From: Eledone cirrhosa
Lineage: Eukaryota
Assembly (NCBI GenBank): GCA_964016885.1
Contig: OZ024759.1
Coordinates: 36,332,001 to 36,396,000, forward strand
Direction of reading: 5' to 3'
Length of the DNA stretch: 64,000 bases
In this document: in pieces, positions 30,059-42,806 of the stretch
How positions within the stretch are numbered: position 1 is the stretch's first letter
How the letters are laid out: each line of letters starts with the position of its first letter
The notes under the pieces: model-generated
What the model was told of the DNA's origin: nothing
The model's database searches: none
What the model saw: the letters and a program-made list of their open reading frames with translations, nothing else
Program-made: the position numbers and the translations under genes

Positions 30059-31061
30059 CAGTGGCGGACTGGCCAGGTTGCCCAATGGCAAGTGGACCCC
30101 AGGGGGCATTGCAAGAGCCCACAGTAGCATTGCAGGGCCCCCTGTCGTATTTCAGAGAGAAATAGGGGAGGGGGTGCAACAGAAATGAAACATGGATTAC
30201 AGGTTAAAATATAGTCTAGATAGATGTGAAAGAAAACGAGGATGTAGGCTATGGAACACCCAAATGATTTAGAAGTCGACCTCAAGTAGCAGCAATAACA
30301 TTAAGAAAGGCATGAACGACACCACAACACTTAGTCTTGGAAATTTTTGAAAGTAGGTTTATAAGTATGAATTTTCATAATAATTTCGTAGTAGTCTCTG
30401 TGGCCTAGTGGTAGGTACTAGAGACGGTGGGTATCCTGGTCTTGGGTTCAATCCTGGTCAAGAGGTACATGCAACCTTTTTCAGTTTTTATTTTACAACC
30501 AATAGAAAAAAACTGAAAAGGTTTACCGGGAACCCTACCACCGATCAGGATCGAACTTCAGACCAGGATCACCACCGTCTATGATTCGGCCACCGAGACA
30601 TCTACAATAGTATAATGAAAATTGATAATTATAAACCTACTTTCAAAATCAAAGTTAAAAAGATGTGGTGTGGTTCATGGCTTTCCTAGAGCTATTAGTA
30701 ATATTTAGGGTCGACTTCTGGTCATTATTGAGTTCAAATCCCGCCGAGGTTAACTTTGCCTTTCATCCTTACGGGGTCGATAAAATAAAGTACTAGTAAT
30801 ACACTGGGTATTTGCTGGCCTTGTGCCAAAAGTAGAAACAATTATTGAAAGTCTCTGGATTTCGCAAAACACAATACATAATATTTTTATTGGAGAAGTT
30901 AAGATATTTTTCCACAAATATTTGATTGCACTGTTTTGTTCCCACTTATGTATTTTTCGAAAATGTTATCTATTCATTATAAAAATTAAATGAGCGCATT
31001 CTATATGTAGGTGGGCCCCCTTCTCCTGGCAACCAATATTTTTAGACCTAGTCCGCTACTG
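30059..31061. mobile_element. Non-autonomous hAT-like DNA transposon (~1.0 kb) with nested insertions
   Basis: TIRs CAGTGGCGGACTGG / CTAGTCCGCTACTG; no clear 8-bp TSD. Confidence 0.65.
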
Positions 31062-31230
31062 TGTATACATAGATATATCCAACGAGTGTAACGCGGAGTT
31101 ACTGTAGGTTCACCCAGGTGAGGACTCGGTGATTAGGTCCACGTCAGTAGCGAGGTGTAGAGCTAGACAGAATGTATTATAATGATTTCTAGTATAGGCA
31201 CATGGCCAATTGTACGCGGGATACACACAC

Positions 31231-31284
<54 letters not shown>

Positions 31285-31294
31285 TATATATATA

Positions 31295-31382
<88 letters not shown>

Positions 31383-31508
31383 AATATATATTAATAAGAG
31401 GAATTCCAACTTTGTCTGATTTACTCGTTTTATTTACAATCCTTTAAAATATATATAATGGTATTATAATGAAATAGTATGATAGAATATTAAATTCTAA
31501 GTGTTAAT

Positions 31509-31547
31509 TGAACAAGTACTTTCATGCTTTCGCAATCTTCAGGTTCA
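31509..31547 (-). ncRNA. Minimal type I hammerhead motif (left arm of palindrome)
   Basis: Exact reverse complement of 31620-31658. Confidence 0.72.
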
Positions 31548-31619
31548 TGATATGTGGTGACAGTCGAGTTTGCAATTTTGACAGTTGAAAATTGCAAACT
31601 CGACTGTCACCACATATCA

Positions 31620-31658
31620 TGAACCTGAAGATTGCGAAAGCATGAAAGTACTTGTTCA
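31620..31658 (+). ncRNA. Minimal type I hammerhead motif (right arm of palindrome)
   Basis: TGAAC-CTGAAGA-T TGC GAAA GCA T-GAAA-GTAC-TT-GTTCA; palindromic stem III AGTACT. Confidence 0.72.
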
Positions 31659-31830
31659 ATTAACACTTAGAATTTAATATTCTATCATACTATTTCATTA
31701 TAATACCATTATATATATTTTAAAGGATTGTAAATAAAACGAGTAAATCAGACAAAGTTGGAATTCCTCTTATTAATATAATCTTCTATACACAATCATA
31801 CACACCCGTGTATATTTACCTATCTATATC

Positions 31831-31886
<56 letters not shown>

Positions 31887-31915
31887 AATATATATATAAA
31901 TATATATATATATAA

Positions 31916-33152
<1,237 letters not shown>

Positions 33153-33415
33153 ATAAAATAATGACGAATGGTTACTCCTTCATTACATTTATTAGGTCCG
33201 ACGAGTCATTGATTACAGAGTCGGGCTAGATCGATACAGATCGAACGCGCATCACCAACCAATAAACGTAATGAAGGAGTAACCATTCGTCCTTGTTTTA
33301 TTAAATATATGTGTGTGTGTGTGTGTGTGTATCCCGGGTTCAATCGGAGGTAACCACAGTAAGTAAGGTACTCAATACATAGCAGAGTATAAATATTTAA
33401 TATAGAAAAGGCTTC

Positions 33416-33454
33416 TACAGGACTAGAACTGTTTCATTCGAAGGAAATCATCAG
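33416..33454 (-). ncRNA. Hammerhead core with stem I lost
   Basis: CTGATGA-T TTC CTTC GAA T-GAAA-CAG..CTG-TA; the 5' strand of stem I is replaced by CA repeats. Confidence 0.55.
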
Positions 33455-33667
33455 TGTGTGTATCTATAAAGCGATCTTTTACTTTAGCTGCCCTTTATTC
33501 TCTACTTTCTTACATAGAAACCTCGACAGTAGAAGTCGTGTCTATCCAGCTATAACAGATTAAAGTCAGTTAAAACACACCTTTCCTTCTCTTTCTCTCT
33601 CTCTATCTGTCTCTCTGTCTCTCTCTCTCTCTCTTCCGCTCTCCATCCCCATTTATCTCCCTTTTTT

Positions 33668-33742
<75 letters not shown>

Positions 33743-34034
33743 CACAATTAAGTTCTGGCTTTCTGGAGAATAGAGGAAAGGTGTTTCCTCAAAAACCAGT
33801 ATGACTCTAAAAACCGGTTTGTCTGTGTGTTTACATACAGAATAGCTGGACACTCACAGTAAAGTGACCAGTGAAAAACTCGGTACATCTACATATGTAT
33901 ACGTGTGTATTCATATGCATACTAGTATTTCAGTATACATATGTGGATGTACATTTTTAACTTAATTGTTTAAGCGTCAGTCATACAAAAGTGAGTTACA
34001 AACGAAACGAAATTTAATTTCGTTTCGTTATTTG

Positions 34035-34089
<55 letters not shown>

Positions 34090-34370
34090 AAGAAAGTATG
34101 GTAAGGAACCAGGTGGACCATAACGCACCAGAGTACTTGATACTGACTAGTAGGGTAGGTAATAGGAAAAGAGTCAGGACCCCGACGGCTGAGCTCCGGC
34201 CGTTTCGACACCTAGCTGACGATTGAAGGCAGACGTATGTGCCAAACTCTTCGTGAAACCTTTGGCAAATGAAATAATTATCTTATGTTGTTTATTACAT
34301 AACTAAAAGGCTCTGTAGCCTACATAGAGCACTCTCTTTTCCTTTACTTTTCCTACGGAAATACTTCAAT

Positions 34371-34440
<70 letters not shown>

Positions 34441-35574
34441 TGAGTGAGTGAGAGAGAGAGTCGTTTTCAAACACGTAAACAGATAAAGGTAGGTGGAGAA
34501 GTTATTACACCTCAATATTAGATTTATTACAGTAGACTACTCAGAAGGTTACATATAATTCTATTTCTATGACCTCCTTCTTTCAAATGTTTAAGTAGGC
34601 TCATAGAGCAAATATTACATTGAAAATAAGACCAAAGACTGTTGGTTACATCTTATTTTAATTAACGCACGCTTCTTCCATCTCACAGGATATAAAATTA
34701 ATTATTAGTTAATTAATTGCATGATCCAATAATTGGATTCATCAGAATTAATAAAATTAATATGATCTAATTAACAGTATTTGGTCTTATTTTCAATATG
34801 TACAACGTGGCACCAGTGACGCCGAAACTAATTTCTAGAGCTTAGTAAACTGGAGCAACGTGAAATAAAGTGTCTTGCTCAAGGACACAACGCATCACCA
34901 AGCTCGAGAATCGAACTCACAACCTCCCGATTACAAACCCAACGTTCTAGTAACTAACCCATGCGCCTTCATTAGTAATGGAGTAGCCTCCCTTTAAAAA
35001 AAATTAATGTGTTTTTTGTTTATAGTAGTCTCCCTTAGTTTAGAGTATTCTCCCTTGCTGTTTTTGTGTGTACGCTGTAAATTAGCACGTCTTGAACAAA
35101 TAAAGTGATATTTGCACCTTATCACTTCTATACATACAATGTTTTATACTCGTTTGGGTGATTAGATCGTGGCCATGCTGGAGCACTGCCCTGATTTAGT
35201 CGATCACATCGATCAGAGTGTTTAATTGTTTTTCTTTTATTTTTGTCGAGTCTGGTACATATTTTATCGATCTATTTTTGTCGAACCGCTATGTCGCGGA
35301 ACATAAACATGGACAGACACTCACACACATACATACGTATGTACATACATACATACAGACATACATGCATACACACAGACAGACAGACAGACTGTTTGAG
35401 GTTAGCTTTGCCTTTCATTCTTACGGGGTCGATAAAATAAAGTACCAGTAATGCACTGGAGTCAATTTAATCGACTTTCCCCTCCCCCCAAAAAAATTGA
35501 TGGCCTTGTGCCTATATAAGAAACCATTATTATGATGGTTTTTGAGTGTCAGACAAAATTATTCGAAGTATTTA

Positions 35575-35737
35575 CAGGGTGGTCCGAAACTCTTATCGCC
35601 CTCTACCACGTCTTTTGTCCATATTATCGCTTAGTTCGTTGGCTTAAACGATTAAAATTATCATATATTATAATTAATGATATTATATATTATATTAAAA
35701 CAATATGTAGGAGTAATAAGACTTTCGGACCGCCCTG
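35575..35737. mobile_element. Tc1/mariner-type MITE
   Basis: TA|CAGGGTGGTCCGAAACTCTTAT...ATAAGACTTTCGGACCGCCCTG|TA. Confidence 0.8.
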
Positions 35738-36307
35738 TAGTTACAGGTCTTAATGTTCTGAGTCCAAATCCCGTCAAGGTTAACTTTGCCTTTCACCCTT
35801 TGACACAGTGCGTCCAGAAAGGAAAAACTTTAAAAAAACAATATTTTCCCAATCATTGTTTCTTTCCAGGGACTATGTTGAAAAATAAACCTCATTTAGT
35901 TATTCCATGAGAGTATCTTGGTCAGCCTATGAACTTTTCATATTTGAAACCCTCGTAAGCTGATATAAATATAATAAATATACTAAATAAATAAAATAAA
36001 TAGTTTTACAGGTTTGCGGTCGAGCCAGTGAAAGAGGAGACTTCTGATGTCCTTGGCCCTAGAACCACATCCCTACTCACCACCATCATGTGAGCGCGAG
36101 GTGGCCAGCGGAAGAAATCTGCTGTACTCAGGCCTGGAGAGAAGATGGGTTCTGACAGGCTTAAAAATACCCAAGAAATACCGTATGTCAATACGGCGCC
36201 CCTACGACTCTATCAAGAGTTACGGAACCATACATACATACTTTATATAACAATACGAAACTAAACAATCTACTAAGGGAGATAACTGTTATATTTGTTT
36301 TTTAAAG

Positions 36308-37429
36308 ATGGCGGCTGTTGTGTTGCGAAGTCTTGTCCGGGCAAGTGTTGTTTCTAATTACTCAATATTTAGGCAGTCCTGTACACGTGGATTTGTCAAC
36401 AATATACGGACGTCCTTTGCAGTCGTTTATGAAGAGACCGGAGATCCTAGGAAAGTGTTAGTAAGTAAGAACCTTCCTTTGCCCTCTAAAATCAAGGACG
36501 ACGATGTTTTGGTAAAAATGTTGATGTCACCTATTAATCCGGCCGACATCAACATAATCGAAGGAAAGTACATGATTCTGCCACCACTTCCAGCTGTTGT
36601 TGGAAACGAAGGTGTCGGAGAGGTACTGAAAGTCGGTAATGCTGTTAAAACAATCAAACCTGGTGACTGGATTATTCCTGTAATTGCCGTCTCCGGTACA
36701 TGGCAAACACACGCAGTTTACAATGAAAACAATGTACAGAAGATCTCGAACGACATCCCGGCTTTAATGGCCGCTACAATCGCGGTTAACCCTTGTACTG
36801 CTTACAGAATGATGAAGGATTTTGTCAAGCTCCAACCTGGCGATGTGATTATTCAAAATGGTGCTAACAGCGCCGTTGGCCAAGCTGTTATTCAGCTGGC
36901 CTCTGCCTGGGGACTTCGTACCGTCAACATAGTTCGAACGAGACCCGACATCGATGTATTAACTTCGCAACTGAAATCAATGGGAGCTACCCACGTTGTC
37001 ACTGAGGAGTTTTGTCGCACCCCTGATATGAAGACTTTGATGAAGGGTCTCGGACAAGCTCCGGAATTGGGTTTAAATTGCGTCGGTGGGAAAGCAGCTA
37101 CCGAATTGCTTCGAAACCTTGGCACTAACGGCTACATGGTGACCTACGGAGGCATGTCCAAGCAACCAGTGACCGTTCCTACAGGCGTGTTTATTTTTAA
37201 ATCCTTACAACTGGTCGGCTTCTGGATGTCCCAGTGGAACGTTGAGAATACCAACTCACCCCAGAAAACCGAAATGCTGGATGAACTTTGTGATTTGGCA
37301 CGCCAGTCTAAACTGCTAGCTCCTCTTTCTGAACTGACCCCTATTAGGTCCTTTGATAAAGCTGTGGCTAAGTCCCTCGAGGGTTTTAGCAAAAAACAAG
37401 TCCTTGTAATGGATAAGACTTTAATGTGA
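36308..37429 (+). CDS. MECR: Mitochondrial enoyl-[ACP] reductase / trans-2-enoyl-CoA reductase (MDR family), intronless CDS, 373 aa
   Basis: Uninterrupted ORF with an Arg/Ser-rich N-terminus resembling a mitochondrial presequence and MECR motifs SPINPADINIIEGKY, GNEGVGEV, VNPCTAYRM, IQNGANSAVGQAVIQLA, LNCVGG, VTYGGMSKQP, GFWMSQW. ATTAAA at 37528. Confidence 0.95.
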   Translation: MAAVVLRSLVRASVVSNYSIFRQSCTRGFVNNIRTSFAVVYEETGDPRKVLVSKNLPLPSKIKDDDVLVKMLMSPINPADINIIEGKYMILPPLPAVVGNEGVGEVLKVGNAVKTIKPGDWIIPVIAVSGTWQTHAVYNENNVQKISNDIPALMAATIAVNPCTAYRMMKDFVKLQPGDVIIQNGANSAVGQAVIQLASAWGLRTVNIVRTRPDIDVLTSQLKSMGATHVVTEEFCRTPDMKTLMKGLGQAPELGLNCVGGKAATELLRNLGTNGYMVTYGGMSKQPVTVPTGVFIFKSLQLVGFWMSQWNVENTNSPQKTEMLDELCDLARQSKLLAPLSELTPIRSFDKAVAKSLEGFSKKQVLVMDKTLM

Positions 37430-37743
37430 CGGCCAAAATATACATTTTTAAAACTATTTTGTAAACCATATCCTATAAAATTATTTCTGAGAAAAAATGA
37501 TGTTATCAATTATTATGTTATAAAATTATTAAAGTTGAAGACTTGACTGAGGTGACCTATACAGTGGGTGTATATTTTAGTCTTGTTTATTATATTAGTA
37601 TTTTATTTTGTTTTCAAGTCACCTAATAACGGTGAAGCTTGCAACTGTCTTTTTATACATTTATATCATCATCATCATCGTCATTTTTACGTCCGCTTTT
37701 CCCTGCTTGGAAGGGTGGGACAATATATATATATATATAATAG

Positions 37744-37786
37744 ACTGAGCTGAGGATCCGAATAAGCTGAAACATTTGTTCTCAGT
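37744..37786 (+). ncRNA. Minimal hammerhead motif downstream of MECR
   Basis: ACTGAG-CTGAGGA-TCCGAATAAGCT-GAAA-CATTTG-TT-CTCAGT; perfect 6-bp stem I, weak stem II. Confidence 0.6.
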
Positions 37787-37816
37787 ATGGTGAACTAACT
37801 GTTGTGGAACTACTTC

Positions 37817-37849
<33 letters not shown>

Positions 37850-39139
37850 GTATAGTAATAATAATAAATAAAAAGACTAAAATCTGAAGAGGGCTAAATA
37901 AGGATAATATATATATAAATATATATAAGAACCGTAGAGCAAATATTTATTAAAATAACAGATTAAAGTTTAAGCAAAGAATCGCTGCTTTCACCCTTAA
38001 CGGGATCTTCTGGAGTTTTAGAAGATCCCGTTAAGGGTGAAAGCAGCGATTTTTTACTTAAATTTTAATCTGTTATTTTAATAAATATATATATATATAT
38101 ATATGCTATTATATACATACAGATTTTTATACAGATATATATATCAAATTATAAATGCAAGGAAAGAGCATTTATAATTTGATAAATAGCTCTGATTAAA
38201 TAATTATTTTAATTCTTTTGGTCATTGAGTAAAACTGGTCAAGGCAGGACACTACACATATATTTATGTATCTAATTACTATATATATATATATATATAG
38301 TAATTAGATACATACGTATAATTATATGTATATATATATTATATACAATTATCATCATCATCATTATCATTTTACGTCTGCTTGCAAGGATGGGACGGGC
38401 ATTTGTTGTGCTCATAATTTTTGGCATTAATATACACTGGTTGAATGCCCTTCCTAACACCAGCACCACTTTACAGCATGGACTGGGTACTTTTATTCGT
38501 GCCACCAGAACTAGAGAGGTTGTCTTACTGGACTCAGGGGCCCTCTCCACCCCTCCATTTTACAGCATGGACTGGGTGCTTTTATTCGTGCCATCAGCAC
38601 TAGGGAAGTTGACTTAGGGGACTTCTCTACCCTGCACTAATTAGTGATAGCTCTTCTAGACGGATGGCTTATGGAGCCTCCATTTGCCCCTTGTCTGCTC
38701 TATGCTATATGCACGAGTGGTTAGCATACAGTGTCAGGCATGTATACCGAATGTGGTGGAGGTGGGGCAGGCGGGTGGGTGGAAAGGAAATGGCGTTTTC
38801 ATAACACAGCTTATTTTATCATAGAAAATCACAGCATTGTGTAAACACACCGCTACTCTAACGGCTTTTCTTTCACACAAGAGTACACGAACATACATCG
38901 CTAATCCATATGTACATACATATAATCAGCAGCAGCACTGTTTTATATCCACATTTCCATGCTGTCATTGGACAGAATTAGATGAGACAATGTTTTACAG
39001 CCAGATGTCCTTAGTTGCCATATTTATGTTTGAGAGATAAAGGACAGCTCAAAAGTTCATCAGTTTAAGAGATCAAGGACAGCTCAAAAGCTCCTCAGTT
39101 TATGAAATCAAGTACAGTTATAAAACAGCTGTTACTTAC

Positions 39140-40950
39140 CTGAATCATACGATATAATGTTATCCTTGTTTAATTCTTCAGCTTCCCGTAATAAACGTAG
39201 TCTCTCCACAGCTTTCATTGATACTCTACCTTTCATACCAGCCTCTCTTAGTTTGCTCTTCAAGAAGTTACATTTCTCCTTGTCACTCTTCAGGTTCTGA
39301 AATTCTTTATTATAATAGATCTAAAGTTCAACAGTTTGACATATTTTCTTCAGTTGTTTTAAGTTAGAACTTTTGGGGGCTTTACTGTTGGATGTCTGCT
39401 TTGTAACAGTTTCACTCTTGGTCTTTGCAATCTGTCTTAGTATTGGCTTCACTTCTATTTCTAGCATCTGGTGATGCCTTTGAAGAAAGCTCATCGTCAT
39501 CAACCTCTTTGTTATCACATTTCGTTGTTGCTGTATCACAGGTAAGCAAGTTACTCTGCAGTGCGCTGTCACTTTCAAAATTGGCCAGCCCATTTTTCCA
39601 AACTACACGCATTTTGTAAACATGCGTCTCGATGCTATCAGCCAGAGAGAAGGATGGAGTATCCTTTGCTGTGTTTTCACTGTCTGAGCTGTTCACAAAT
39701 GATCTTTAATCTGGAATTGAAGAGGTTACCATAAACAATTTTTCTACGAGGAGAACGCACACGAGTGGCAGAACTGGAATTGTTGTTATTACTGGTTGGT
39801 TGCTTAGTAGTGAGACAGTGTTTAGCACCACCAGCATTGTAATTAATTAACAGATCTTCACTGTCTGAACTAGAACTGCCTGACTGCCTTTCACTCTGGG
39901 AATTTTAAATTTTGATTTGTGAAAGTTTTAGCTCAGATTCCGATACTGGTGATGAGGCAGCAAGCTGCTACTGTTTTTGTTCAATATCCTGAGTACTGGA
40001 CAGTTTTCTTACTTTGTGTTTATGTCTGTTACTTCTGACTCGTTTTTTTCCTACTGAGATCAGAATCACAATTTGATTCAGAATTGGTGTCTTTCAGGAT
40101 TTCTTTTTTAGACAAAGAGATTTTGAAAGGTTTCACTGTCCTCTTCTTTTCTTTATCACATGCTGCTGTTTCATTCTTGGTCTCATGCCATTTCATCAAA
40201 TAATTAGATATCCGTTTACTTCGAATATGTAAATCCTCAGCCTTGAGAGGACTTTTGCTATCAGAATCATCACTGATAATCATTTTCCTAATTCTCGCTA
40301 ATTTTACATGCCACCGGTGAATTACTGGTATTATGGTTCCGTGACAGGTGAATTTTGATTGGACTGTTGTTCGATTCAGATGTATCGCTTACGACCAGCA
40401 ACCGTTTCATCTTCATCGGCGGAGTGAGGGCGCTATCAGAACTAATGTTGTCTGACACAGCAACATTGTTGTAACGACTATGACTTGGTGTGACCTCAAT
40501 GTTCCTCGTAGCATTGTTCCTATCAACGGTCACATCCTGACTATTGCTGGAAAGCAGTGAGAAGGGCATATTTTTGAAATGTGGTTTCGTAACCACCACC
40601 GACTCATCTGTGTCTTGCAACATGTCATCTTCACTCTGCGGAGTCAGAATATCACTGCTGTCATCTAGAATAGACTGAAGCACCTCAAAAGCTGACAGCC
40701 TCTCCTCTGGTTTTGTTGGCTTATCTTTTGTGCAACGTTGCTGAGAGAGCGATGAATGGTGTTCCTTTTCCTCAGACAGGTTTAAACCACTACCTTTGCT
40801 GTCATTACAAAGTGTGTTAGTAGCAGTAGCACTCTCTGCTGCAGTGGTGGTGGTATAGAATTGGTTCTTAGATCTTTTCTGGATAGTTGCCAGTTTCTTC
40901 TGAGTTGGTTTGGAAATCACTCGAATATGTCTTTTGGAATCATTAACACC
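39140..40950 (-). pseudogene. Disabled large exon encoding a Ser/Lys/acidic low-complexity region followed by a HIRIP3-like C-terminal domain
   Basis: C-terminal peptide LKQLKKICQTVEL*IYYNKEFQNLKSDKEKCNFLKSKLREAGMKGRVSMKAVERLRLLREAEELNKDNIISYDS resembles the HIRIP3 region (L...GMKGxxS...E...LDxxNII). Ends at donor G|GTAAGT (39140). Several frameshifts and in-frame stops (about 40300, 40045, 39970, 39907, 39700, 39321). Confidence 0.7.
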
Positions 40951-41119
40951 AATTATATATATAAAAGGTATCAGAAACTCAAATGATCTGAAAAGACATC
41001 GAAGTGGAAGTTCAACTACAATCTATGTTTGCTTTGTTATTTCTGTTTGCCTTTTGCATACATATATAGAGAGAGAGCTGTGGTTTCTCAATTTGGAAAA
41101 GTAGCAGCTCTACTTAGAG

Positions 41120-41150
<31 letters not shown>

Positions 41151-41442
41151 CACACTGTAAACGTGGTTGGTGTTAGGAAGGGCATCCAGGCGTAGAAAAC
41201 CTGCCAGACAGTCCTATATGAGCGAGACAACCAATAGCGTGGAAGATAGACATTAAACGATGATGATGATGATATATATACACACTTTAAATACACTTTA
41301 TCAAGTAACTACACAGCTCCCTGTTTCTCCCAAAATGTTATTATATATATATATATATATATATTAAGTATTTCCGTAGAAAAGGTGCAGGAAAGAAGAG
41401 TGCTCTATGAATAGTACAGAGCTATGTAATAAACAACATAAT

Positions 41443-41516
41443 TATTCCATTACCAAAGGTTTCAAGAAACTAGACGATCCTTACAGAAACGTCCGGCCCA
41501 TTCATCAGATCAAATA
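41443..41516 (-). ncRNA. Hammerhead motif, diverged copy of the 58413 family
   Basis: CTGATGA...GGACG/CGTCT...GAAA-CCTTTGG-TA-ATGG; mismatches in stems I and II. Confidence 0.6.
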
Positions 41517-42254
41517 TAACAAAGCAAGAGTTTTTGTTTTGATGACAGCGAGCGAAGTTTGAAATTAAGACTAAAGAAAATTAGCTTGAGATATATATAT
41601 ATATATAAATAAATATATATATATATCTCAATCTTATTATATGATAAATAGCTCAATGAATATAAAAGGTTAAAATTCAAATTTTCAGAGCTTCATTTAC
41701 ACAAAACTATTTAGGTATAATATATATATATATAGTAATGTTACAACAAAGACCCAAAACAAAAATTATATGGAATCAAATCGTTGACACTAATGATGAT
41801 GATGATGGTGCTGATCAGTAGAATGATTAACTTTATTGATTATAAAACCAGTGTTTCAAAATGTAACAAAGAGTTTCTTAAATAAAAGCTTTTCTTTAAA
41901 TATAGACGCTTCAAAATTGAGTTTTTTATCGTAGAAAAGGAGAGGTTTGTTGGGTTTAAATGGACCCATTCATACATGGGGGGGGGGGGGGGTATCATAG
42001 TTTATTTGCTTCATGGTTTCAGTCTTTAGACTGGCCATGCTGGGGCAACACTTTCAACTTCAGAAATGTTATAGATCATTATTTTGGGATTAAGATAAGC
42101 CTGTGTATATATCTATACATTGTATGTGTAAAGTGTGAGATTCAATCATAAATATTTACTACCCCCAAGGGTCGAAAGGTCACAAGGCACAATTTAGTCT
42201 TACATCAATTTAAGACCAGTCCTTAATCTCGAATTAGAGCATGTGACGAAGTGA

Positions 42255-42492
42255 GAGATCTTAGACTAGAGATGATATGTCTTAAGTTAAAGATCTAAGA
42301 TATAATTGTTCCTAGGTTAAAGGTATGATTGAGCTTAGGCTAAAGATTTAAAACATACATCATAGACTAAAGATGCAATATATGATTGGTCTTAAATTAA
42401 AGATCTAAAATATTATTGGTCTTAGATTAAAAATCTCAGTTAAGATTGGTCTCAGATTAAAGATCAAAGATATGATTGGTCATACTAAAGTC
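42255..42492. repeat. Degenerate ~30-bp tandem repeat downstream of the OSCP1 stop
   Basis: Recurring GATTGGTCTTAGATTAAAGATCTAAAATAT-like units. Confidence 0.75.
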
Positions 42493-42692
42493 ACTACTAA
42501 GCTTTGCCATGTTGAGTGAGAGTGGCACTATCACAAATGTCATAACGTGAGTGAGAGACTAAACTTCAACTAGATCACACTACAGGCACTGATAAGGATT
42601 TCCACGGTGGTGGTCATGTAAGGAATGGTTAACATCAACTGACAACATTACACACAAGTGGTATGTTGCTCTTCCTTCCTGCCGTAGTTCCT

Positions 42693-42806
42693 TCAAGAAG
42701 CTCCATCCATCAGATCCAACAAGTCTTCCTCAACATCTTCTGATCCCAGATTAACTTTCATGGACATTTCACCCATGATCCGGTTCAGTTCATCGTTGGA
42801 TTGTTT
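42693..42806 (-). CDS. OSCP1: OSCP1 last coding exon ([37 protein letters not shown])
   Basis: Acceptor GTCAG|; TGA at 42695-42693; matches the OSCP1 C-terminal pattern ELxRIMGE...DLLxxMD. Confidence 0.9.
   Translation of the reverse strand, partial: KQSNDELNRIMGEMSMKVNLGSEDVEEDLLDLMDGAS

Larger units (their letters stand above)
31387..31780. repeat. Perfect 193-bp inverted repeat with 8-nt spacer
   Basis: 31387-31579 is the reverse complement of 31588-31780; spacer GACAGTTG. Confidence 0.95.

Noticed and set aside
30395-30466. Functional tRNA gene
   Set aside because: A and B boxes are present but I cannot fold a convincing anticodon arm; treated as a tRNA-derived repeat. The same applies to the SINE heads.
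36047-36250. 67-aa ORF upstream of MECR as a uORF or bicistronic partner
   Set aside because: No recognisable homology, and its 3' part (GTCAATACGGC.CCCCTACG) recurs at about 29952, so it is repeat-derived.
39321-39323. In-frame TAG in the HIRIP3-like domain as a target for A-to-I recoding (UAG to UGG)
   Set aside because: The same exon also has frameshifts that editing cannot repair; pseudogenisation or consensus error is simpler.
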